From the human T2T-CHM13v2.0 reference genome, Homo sapiens, in NCBI RefSeq assembly GCF_009914755.1, contig NC_060948.1: a stretch of 64,000 nucleotides of DNA; one strand, given 5' to 3'. The notes below the pieces were generated by a model. That model did not search any database and had not been told where the DNA came from. It worked only from the letters and a program-made list of their open reading frames with translations. Made by a program: the position numbers and the translations under genes. Positions 1 through 10,712 of the stretch are shown in pieces; the first letter of the stretch is position 1, and every line of letters starts with the position of its first letter.

Positions 1-2497
1 AATCGAATGGAATGGAATTGAATGGAACGGAATAGAGTCGAATGGAATTGAATGGAATGGAATGGACTAGAGTGAAATGGAATCGAACCACAAGGAATGG
101 ACAGGAATAGAATGGTCTCGAATTGAATGGAATCGTATGGAATGGCATCAAACGGAATGGAATGGACAGCCACGGAATGGAATGCACTCGAATGCAATGG
201 AGTCGAAACTAATGGACTGGAATAGAATGGACTCGACTGGTACGGACTCCAATGGAATGGAATCGAATGGAAGGGAATCGAACGGAAGGGAATCGAACGG
301 AATGGACTCGAAGGGAAAAGACTGCAATGGAAAGGTCTCGAATGGAATGGAAATTAATGGAATGGAATAGAATCGAATGAAATGGAGTCAAAAGGAATGG
401 AATCGAATGGCAAGAAATCGAATGTAATGGAATCTCCAGGAATTGATGTGAACGGAACGGAATGGAATGGAATCCAAAGGAATGGAATAGAATGAAATGG
501 AATCGAATGGAAAGGACTCGAATGGAAATCACTCAAATAGAATGCAATTTAATAAAATAGGATCAAATGTAATGGAATGGAATGGAAAGGAATCGAAACG
601 AAAGGAATGGAGACAGATGGAATGGAATGGAACAGAGAGCAATGGTATAGAATGGAATGGAATCATCTGGAATGGAATTGAATGGAATGGAATAATATGA
701 AATGGAATGGAATGGAATGGAATGGAATGCCCTTGAATTAAATGGACTGGAATGGAATGGACTCAAACAGAGTGGAATGGAAAGTGTGGAGATAGAATGG
801 AATGAACTCCTTTGGAATGGTGTAGTATGCAATGCAATCGACTGGCAGGGAATCAAAAGGTATGTAATCGAATGGATTGGACTGGAATGCAAAGGACTCG
901 AAAAGATTGGAAACGGAATGCAAAGGAATGGAATGGAATAGTATGGAATGCAATGGAAGGGAATGGAGTGGAATAGACTAGAGTGGAATGGAATGGACTG
1001 GAAAGCAATGGACTGGAATGGAACTTTCTTGGATGGACTGGAATCAAACGGAATGGAATGCAGTGCAATCAAATGGCATGGAATAAAATAGAATGAAAGA
1101 GAATCAAATGGAATTGAATCGAATGGAATCGAATGGATTGGAAAGGAATAGAATGGAATGGAATGGAATTGACTCAAATGGAATGGACTAGAATGGAATG
1201 GATTCGAATGGAAGGCAAAGGAGTGGAATCTATTGGAATGGACTGTAATGGAATGGAATGGAAGGGATTGGAATGGACTCGAATGGAATGGACTGCAATA
1301 GAAAGGATTCGAATGGAATGAAAAAGAATTGAATGGAATAGAACAGAATGGAATCAAATCGAATGAAATGGAATGGAATAGAAAGGAATGGAATGAAATG
1401 GAATGGAAAGGATTCGAATGGAATGCAATCGAATGGAATGGAATCGAACGGAATGGAATAAAATGGAAGAAAACTGGCAAGAAATGGAATCGAAATGAAT
1501 GGAGTGTTATGGAACGGACTCAAAAGGAATTGAATGTAATAGAATGGCGTGGAGTGGACTCGAATATAATGGACTGGAATGGAATGAAATCACATGGAAT
1601 GGGAACGAATGGAATGGAATGGAAAGGAATGGAATCGAATGGAAAGGAATCGAATGGAAGGGAATGAAATTGAATCAACACGAATGGAAGGGAATAGAAT
1701 AGACTGTAATGGAATGGACTCGAATAGAATGGACACAAATGCTCAAATTAAATGGACTCGAATGGAATGGAAACGAAAGGAATGTCATCGAATGGAATTG
1801 AATCGATTGGAATGAAATCGCATAGAATGGAGTGGAATCAAATGGAATTGAATCGAAAGGAAAGGAAGCGAATGGACTGAAATGAAATGGAATGGAATTG
1901 AATGGAAAGTAATGCAATGGAATAGAATGGAACGAAATTTCACGGAATGGAATCAAACTGAATGGAATCAAATCAATGGAATCAAATCAAATGGAATGGA
2001 AAGGAATTGAATGGAGTAGATTGGATTGGATGGGATTGGAATGAAATGTACTGGAAAGGACTCGAATTTCATGAAACGGAATGGAATGAATTGGAACGGA
2101 ATGGACTCGAATGGAATGGAATGTCATGGGATGGCATCAAATGGAATGACATCAAATGGAATGGAATCGAATGCAATGGAATGCTATGGAATGGAATGGA
2201 ATGCATTGGAATGGAATGTCCGCTAATGGAATGGATTCGAGTGGAATGGAATTGAATATAATGGAGTCGAATGAAATGGAATTGAAAGGAATGGGATCGA
2301 ATACAATGGAATATACTGGAATGTAACGTAATGAACTCGAATGTAATTGACTGGAATGGAATGTACATGAATGGAATGTAATCGAATGGAAAGTAATCCA
2401 ATGGAATAGAATCTAATGCAATAAAATCGACTCAGATAGAGTAGAATGTAATGGAATGGAGTGCAGTGCAATGGAATGGAATGGAATGGAATGCAAT

Positions 2498-2537
2498 GGA
2501 ATGGAATGGAATGGAATGGAATGGAATGGAATGGAAT
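2498..2537 (+). repeat. Pure (GGAAT)n VNTR embedded in each unit (n=8 here, 6-13 across units)
   Basis: Perfect pentamer run between GCAAT and GGGAT; counted by eye in each unit. Confidence 0.85.
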
Positions 2538-3277
2538 GGGATGGAATGGTATGGAATGGATAGTAATGGACTGGAGTGAAATGGACTGGAAAGGAATGGA
2601 CTCAAATTGAAAGGGCTCGAAAGGAATGGAGACAAATGGAATGGTCTGGAATGGAATGAACACGAATGTAATGCAACCCAATAGAATGGAATCGAATGGC
2701 ATGGAATATAAAGAAATGGAATCGAAGAGAATGGAAACAAATGGAATGGAATTGAATGGAATGGAATTGAATGGAATGGGAACGAATGGAGTGAAATTGT
2801 ATGCAGTAGAAGAGAATAGAATGGAATGCAAGCGAAAGGAAAGGAATGGATTGGAATGGAATGGAATTCATTGGAATGGAAGGGAATGTAGTGTAATGGA
2901 CAGGCCTGGAATAAAGTGGAATGCTACGGTCTCGAATGGAATAAAAATGTATGGAATGGAATGCAATGAAACGGAATCGAATGTCATAGAATGTAATGGA
3001 ATGCAAAAAAATGGAATCCAAAATCATTGACTGGAAAGGCTGGGTGTCGAAAGGAATTGACTCCAATGGAATGGAATCGAATGGAATGGAAGTGAATAGA
3101 ATCGAACTAAATCGAATGGAATGGAATTGATAGGAACGGAATGGAAAGGAATGCAATGATTTGGCATGGAATGGAATCGAATGGCATCGAATGGAATGGA
3201 ATGGAATGCAATGGAATGGAATGTATTAGAATGTAATGAACTTTAATGGAATGTACTCGAATGGATTCGACTGGAAT

Positions 3278-3292
3278 GGAATGTTCTGGAAG
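3278..3292. promoter_or_regulatory. Perfect heat-shock element nGAAnnTTCnnGAAn (HSE-1); recurs once per unit
   Basis: gGAAtgTTCtgGAAg matches the HSF1 trimer consensus exactly. Binding itself is not shown. Confidence 0.55.
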
Positions 3293-3542
3293 TGAATGGA
3301 CTCCAATGGAATGGATTCAAAAGGAATGGAATCGTACGGAATGGAATTAAATGGAAATTTATCAAATTGAATAGCACGGAATTGAATTGAATGGAATGGA
3401 ATGCAATGGAATCTAATGAAACGGAAAGGAAAGGAATGGAATGGAATGGAATGGGCTGGAATGGAAAGGAATCGAAACGAATGGAATGGAATCGAACTGA
3501 AGAGACTGGAATGGAATGCACTGGAATGGAAGGGAGTGTAAT

Positions 3543-3557
3543 GGAAGGTTCTCGAAA
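3543..3557. promoter_or_regulatory. Perfect heat-shock element (HSE-2); recurs once per unit
   Basis: gGAAggTTCtcGAAa matches the consensus exactly. Binding itself is not shown. Confidence 0.55.
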
Positions 3558-3640
3558 AAAATGGAATCGAATGGAATGGAATTGAATGGAACGGAATAGA
3601 GTCGAATGGAATTGAATGGAATGGAATGGACTAGAGTGAA

Positions 3641-6600
3641 ATGGAATCGAACCACAAGGAATGGACAGGAATAGAATGGTCTCGAATTGAATGGAATCGT
3701 ATGGAATGGCATCAAACGGAATGGAATGGACAGCCACGGAATGGAATGCACTCGAATGCAATGGAGTCGAAACTAATGGACTGGAATAGAATGGACTCGA
3801 CTGGTACGGACTCCAATGGAATGGAATCGAATGGAAGGGAATCGAACGGAATGGACTCGAAGGGAAAAGACTGCAATGGAAAGGTCTCGAATGGAATGGA
3901 AATTAATGGAATGGAATGGAATCGAATGAAATGGAGTCAAAAGGAATGGAATCGAATGGCAAGAAATCGAATGTAATGGAATCGCAAGGAATTGATGTGA
4001 ACGGAACGGAATGGAATGGAATCCAAAGGAATGGAATAGAATGGAATGGAATCGAATGGAAAGGACTCGAATGGAAATCACTCGAATAGAATGCAATTTA
4101 ATAAAATAGGATCAAATGTAATGGAATGGAATGGAAAGGAATCGAAACGAAAGGAATGGAGACAGATGGAATGGAATGGAACAGAGAGCAATGGTATAGA
4201 ATGGAATGGAATCATCTGGAATGGAATTGAATGGAATGGAATAATATGAAATGGAATGGAATGGAATGGAATGGAATGCCCTTGAATTAAATGGACTGGA
4301 ATGGAATGGACTCGAACAGAGTGGAATGGAAAGTGTTGAGATAGAATGGAATGGACTCCTTTGGAATGGTCTAGTATGCAATGCAATCGACTGGCAGGGA
4401 ATCAAAAGGAATGTAATCGAATGGATTGGACTGGAATGCAATGGACTCGAATAGATTGGAAACGGAATGCAAAGGAATGGAGTGGAATAGTATGGAATGG
4501 AATGGAAAGGAATGGAGTGGAATAGACTAGAGTGGAATGGAATGGACTGGAAAGCAATGGACTGGAATGGAACTTTCTTGAATGGACTGGAATCAAACGG
4601 AATGGAATGCAATGCAATCAAATGGCATGGAATAAAATAGAATGAAAGAGAATCAAATGGAATTGAATCGAATGGAATCGAATGGATTGGAAAGGAATAG
4701 AATGGAATGGAATGGAATTGACTCAAATGGAATGGACTAGAATGGAATGGATTCGAATGGAAGGCAAAGGAATGGAATCTTGGAATGGACTGTAATGGAA
4801 TGGAATGGAAGGGATTGGAATGGACTCGAATGGAATGGACTGCAATAGAAAGGATTCGAATGGAATGAAAAAGAATTGAATGGAATAGAACAGAATGGAA
4901 TCAAATCGAATGAAATGGAATGGAATAGAAAGGAATGGAATGAAATGGAATGGAAAGGATTCGAATGGAATGCAATCGAATGGAATGGAATCGAACGGAA
5001 TGGAATAAAATGGAAGAAAACTGGCAAGAAATGGAATCGAAATGAATGGAGTGTTATGGAACGGACTCAAAAGGAATTGAATGTAATAGAATGGAGTGGA
5101 GTGGACTCGAATATAATGGACTGGAATGGAATGAAATCACATGGAATGGGAACGAATGGAATGGAATGGAAAGGAATGGAATCGAATGGAAAGGAATCGA
5201 ATGGAAGGGAATGAAATTGAATCAACAGGAATGGAAGGGAATAGAATAGACGGTAATGGAATGGACTCGAATAGAATGGACACGAATGCTCAAATTGAAT
5301 GGACTCGAATGGAATGGAAACGAAAGGAATGTCATCGAATGGAATTGAATCGATTGGAATGAAATCGCATAGAATGGAGTGGAATCAAATGGAATTGAAT
5401 CGAAAGGAAAGGAAGCGAATGGACTGAAATGAAATGGAATGGAATTGAATGGAAAGTAATGCAATGGAATAGAATGGAACGAAATTTCACGGAATGGAAT
5501 CAAACTGAATGGAATCAAATCAATGGAATCAAATCAAATGGAATGGAAAGGAATTGAATGGAGTAGATTGGATTGGATGGGATTGGAATGAAATGTACTG
5601 GAAAGGACTCGAATTTCATGAAACGGAATGGAATGAATTGGAACGGAATGGACTCGAATGGAATGGAATGTCATGGAATGGCATCAAATGGAATGGAATC
5701 GAATGCAATGGAATGCTATGGAATGGAATGGAATGCATTGGAATGGAATGTCCTCTAATGGAATGGATTCGAGTGGAATGGAATCGAATATAATGGAGTC
5801 GAATGAAATGGAATTGAAAGGAATGGGATCGAATACAATGGAATATACTGCAATGTAATGTAATGAACTCGAATGTAATTGACTGGAATGGAATGTACAT
5901 GAATGGAATGTAATCGAATGGAAAGTAATCCAATGGAATAGAATCTAATGCAATAAAATCGACTCAGATAGAGTAGAATGTAATGGAATGGAGTGCAGTG
6001 CAATGGAATGGAATGGAATGGAATGCAATGGAATGGAATGGAATGGAATGGAATGGAATGGAATGGAATGGAATGGAATGGAATGGGATGGAATGGGATG
6101 GAATGGATAGTAATGGACTGGAGTGAAATGGACTGGAAAGGAATGGACTCAAATTGAAAGGGCTCGAAAGGAATGGAGTCAAATGGAATGGTCTGGAATG
6201 GAATGAACACGAATGTAATGCAATCCAATAGAATGGAATCGAATGGCATGGAATATAAAGAAATGGAATCGAAGAGAATGGAAACAAATGGAATGGAATT
6301 GAATGGAATGGGAACGAATGGAGTGAAATTGTATGCAGTAGAAGAGAATAGAATGGAATGCAAGCGAAAGGAAAGGAATGGATTGGAATGGAATGGAATT
6401 CATTGGAATGGAAGGGAATGTAGTGTAATGGACAGGCCTGGAATAATGTGGAATGCTACGGTCTCGAATGGAATAAAAATGTATGGAATGGAATGCAATG
6501 AAACGGAATCGAATGTCATAGAATGTAATGGAATGCAAAAAAATGGAATCCAAAATCATTGACTGGAAAGGCTGGGTGTCGAAAGGAATTGACTCCAATG

Positions 6601-7187
6601 GAATGGAATCGAATGGAATGGAAGTGAATAGAATCGAACTAAATCGAATGGAATGGAATTGATAGGAACGGAATGGAAAGGAATGCAATGATTTGCCATG
6701 GAATGGAATCGAATGGCATCGAATGGAATGGAATGGAATGCAATGGAATGGAATGTATTAGAATGTAATGAACTTTAATGGAATGTACTCGAATGGATTC
6801 GACTGGAATGGAATGTTCTGGAAGTGAATGGACTCCAATGGAATGGATTCAAAAGGAATGGAATCGTACGGAATGGAATCTAATGGAATGGAATTAAATG
6901 GAAATGAATCAAGTTGAATAGCACGGAATTGAATTGAATGGAATTGAATGCAATGGAATCTAATGAAACGGAAAGGAAAGGAATGGAATGGAATGGAATG
7001 GACTGGAATGGAAAGGAATCGAAACGAATGGAATGGAATCGAAGTGAAGAGACTGGAATGGAATGCACTGGAATGGAAGGGAGTGTAATGGAAGGTTCTC
7101 GAAAAAAATGGAATCGAATGGAATGGAATTGAATGGAACGGAATAGAGTCGAATGGAATTGAATGGAATGGAATGGACTAGAGTGAA
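3641..7187 (+). repeat. DYZ1 unit U2 (3547 bp), subfamily B
   Basis: CTCGAACAG/GTGTTGAG/GGACTCCTTT alleles; 2-bp deletion near 4780; 15-bp deletions near 5680 and 6290. Confidence 0.9.
4569..4583. promoter_or_regulatory. Polymorphic heat-shock element (HSE-3), perfect only in U2, U3 and U15-U18
   Basis: gGAActTTCttGAAt here, versus a final GGA instead of GAA in A-type units (e.g. 1020-1034). Confidence 0.45.
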
Positions 7188-10100
7188 ATGGAATCGAACC
7201 ACAAGAAATGGACAGGAATAGAATGGTCTCGAATTGAATGGAATCGTATGGAATGGCATCAAACGGAATGGAATGGACAGCCACGGAATGGAATGCACTC
7301 GAATGCAATGGAGTCGAAACTAATGGACTGGAATAGAATGGACTCGACTGGTACGGACTCCAATGGAATGGAATCGAATGGAAGGGAATCAAACGGAATG
7401 GACTCGAAGGGAAAAGACTGCAATGGAAAGGTCTCGAATGGAATGGAAATTAATGGAATGGAATGGAATCGAATGAAATGGAGTCAAAAGGAATGGAATC
7501 GAATGGCAAGAAATCGAATGTAATGGAATCGCAAGGAATTGATGTGAACGGAAGGGAATGGAATGGAATCCAAAGGAATGGAATAGAATGGAATGGAATC
7601 GAATGGAAAGGACTCGAATGGAAATCACTCGAATAGAATGCAATTTAATAAAATAGGATCAAATGTAATGGAATGGAATGGAAAGCAATCGAAACGAAAG
7701 GAATGGAGACAGATGGAATGGAATAGAACAGAGAGCAATGGTATAGAATGGAATGGAATCATCTGGAATGGAATTGAATGGAATGGAATAATATGAAATG
7801 GAATGGAATGGAATGGAATGGAATGCCCTTGAATTAAATGGACTGGAATGGAATGGACTCGAACAGAGTGGAATGGAAAGTGTTGAGATAGAATGGAATG
7901 GACTCCTTTGGAATGGTGTAGTATGCAATGCAATCGACTGGCAGGGAATCAAAAGGAATGTAATCGAATGGATTGGACTGGAATGCAATGGACTCGAATA
8001 GATTGCAAACGGAATGCAAAGGAATGGAATGGAATAGTATGGAATGGAATGGAAAGGAATGGAGTGGAATAGACTAGAGTGGAATGGAACGGACTGGAAA
8101 GCAATGGACTGGAATGGAACTTTCTTGAATGGACTGGAATCAAACGGAATGGAATGCAATGCAATCAAATGGCATGGAATAAAATAGAATGAAAGAGAAT
8201 CAAATGGAATTGAATCGAATGGAATCGAATGGATTGGAAAGAATAGAATGGAATGGAATGGAATGGACTAGAATGGAATGGATTCGAATGGAAGGCAAAG
8301 GAATGGAATCTATTGGAATGGACTGTAATGGAATGGAATGGAAGGGATTGGAATGGACTCGAATGGAATGGACTGCAATAGAAAGGATTCGAATGGAATG
8401 AAAAAGAATTGAATGGAATAGAAGAGAATGGAATCAAATCGAATGAAATGGATTGGAATAGAAAGGAATGGAATGAAATGGAATGGAAAGGATTCGAATC
8501 GAATGCAATCGAATGGAATGGAATCGAACGGAATGGAATAAAATGGAAGAAAACTGGCAAGAAATGGAATCGAAATGAATGGAGTGTTATGGAACGGACT
8601 CAAAAGGAATTGAATGTAATAGAATGGAGTGGAGTGGACTCGAATATAATGGACTGGAAGAATGGAATGAAATCACATGGAATGGGAACGAATGGAATGG
8701 AATGGAAAGGAATGGAATCGAATGGAAAGGAATCGAACGGAAGGGAATGAAATTGAATCAACAGCAATGGAAGGGAATAGAATAGACGGTAATGGAATGG
8801 ACTCGAATAGAATGGACACGAATGCTCAAATTGAATGGACTCGAATGGAATGGAAACGAAAGGAATGTCATCGAATGGAATTGAATCGATTGGAATGTAA
8901 TCGCATAGAATGGAGTGGAATCAAATGGAATTGAATCGAAAGGAAAGGAAGCGAATGGACTGAAATGAAATGGAATGGAATTGAATGGAAAGTAATGCAA
9001 TGGAATAGAATGGAACGAAATTTCACGGAATGGAATCAAACTGAATGGAATCAAATCAATGGAATCCAATCAAATGGAATGGAGTAGATTGGATTGGATG
9101 GGATTGGAATGAAATGTACTGGAAAGGACTCGAATTTCATGAAACGGAATGGAATGAATTGGAACGGAATGGACTCGAATGGAATGGAATGTCATAGAAT
9201 GGCATCAAATGGAATGGCATCAAATGGAATGGAATCGAATGCAATGGAATGCTATGGAATGGAATGGAATGCATTGGAATGGAATGTCCTCTAATGAAAT
9301 GGATTCGAGTGGAATGGAATCGAATATAATGGAGTCGAATGAAATGGAATTGAAAGGAATGGGATCGAATACAATGGAATATACTGGAATGTAATTTAAT
9401 GAACTCGAATGTAATTGACTGGAATGGAATGTACATGAATGGAATGTAATCGAATGGAAAGTAATCCAATGGAATAGAATCTAATGCAATAAAACCGACT
9501 CAGATAGAGTAGAATGTAATGGAATGGAGTGCAGTGCAATGGAATGGAATGGAATGGAATGCAATGGAATGGAATGGAATGGAATGGAATGGAATGGGAT
9601 GGAATGGTATGGAATGGATAGTAATGGACTGGAGTGAAATGGACTGGAAAGGAATGGACTCAAATTGAAAGGGCTCGAAAGGAATGGAGTCAAATGGAAT
9701 GGTCTGGAATGGAATGAACACGAATGTAATGCAATCCAATAGAATGGAAGCGAATGGCATGGAATATAAAGAAATGGAATCGAAGAGAATGGAAACAAAT
9801 GGAATGGAATTGAATGGAATGGAATTGAATGGAATGGGAACGAATGGAGTGAAATTGTATGCAGTAGAAGGCAATAGAATGGAATGCAACCGAAAGGAAA
9901 GGAATGGATTGGAATGGAATGGAATTCATTGGAATGGAAGGGAATGTAGTGTAATGGACAGGCCTGGAATAAAGTGGAATGCTACGGTCTCGAATGGAAT
10001 AAAAATGTATGGAATGGAATGCAATGAAACGGAATCGAATGTCATAGAATGTAATGGAATGCAAAAAAATGGAATCCAAAATCATTGAATGGAAAGGCTG

Positions 10101-10712
10101 GGTGTCGAAAGGAATTGACTGCAATGGAATGGAATCGAATGGAATGGAAGTGAATAGAATCGAACTAAATCGAATGGAATGGAATTGATAGGAACGGAAT
10201 GGAAAGGAATGCAATGATTTGGCATGGAATGGAATCGAATGGCATCGAATGGAATGGAATGGAATGCAATGGAATGGAATGTATCAGAATGTAATGAACA
10301 TTAGTGGAATGTACTCGAATGGATTCGACTGGAATGGAATGTTCTGGAAGTGAATGGACTCCAATGGAATGGATTCGAAAGGAATGGAATCGAACGGAAT
10401 GGAATCTAATGGAATGGAATTAAATGGAAATGAATCAAATTGAATATCACGGAATTGAATTGAATGGAATCGAATGCAATGGAATCTAATGAAACGGAAA
10501 GGAAAGAATGGAATGGAATAGAATGGGCTGGAATGGAAAGGAATCGAAACGAATGGAATGGAATCGAACTGAGGAGACTGGAATGGAATGCACTGGAATG
10601 GAAGGGAGTGTAATGGAAGGTTCTCGAAAAAAATGGAATCGAATGGAATGGAATTGAATGGAACGGAATAGAGTCGAATGGAATTGAATGGAATGGAATG
10701 GACTAGAGTGAA
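7188..10712 (+). repeat. DYZ1 unit U3 (3525 bp), subfamily B, most diverged unit
   Basis: B alleles plus many private substitutions and indels (~8240, ~8660, ~9075, ~10505). Confidence 0.9.

Larger units (their letters stand above)
77..3640 (+). repeat. DYZ1 unit U1 (3564 bp), subfamily A, near-copy of U7
   Basis: Anchor-to-anchor distance; CTCAAACAG/GTGTGGAG alleles; private variants shared with U7. Confidence 0.9.

Noticed and set aside
563-1480. Longest minus-strand ORFs (305-318 aa, poly-FHSIP), repeated in many units
   Set aside because: (ATTCC)n has no stop codon in any frame, so long ORFs are expected. They overlap in all frames and are freely broken by frameshifting indels (U2, U3, U6, U15-U17).
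1963-1992. GAATCAAATCA repeats resembling DUX4 sites
   Set aside because: They mismatch the TAAYYYAATCA consensus and are derivable from ordinary pentamer variants.
2010-2040. G-quadruplex potential in GGATTGGATGGGATTGG and other G-rich stretches
   Set aside because: These are mostly GG runs; I see no cluster of four GGG tracts with short loops.
3018-3066. Non-pentamer-looking island CCAAAATCATTGACTGGAAAGGCTGGGTGTCG as a foreign insertion
   Set aside because: It stays in 5-bp register, has no target-site duplication and is present in every unit, so it is just diverged pentamers.
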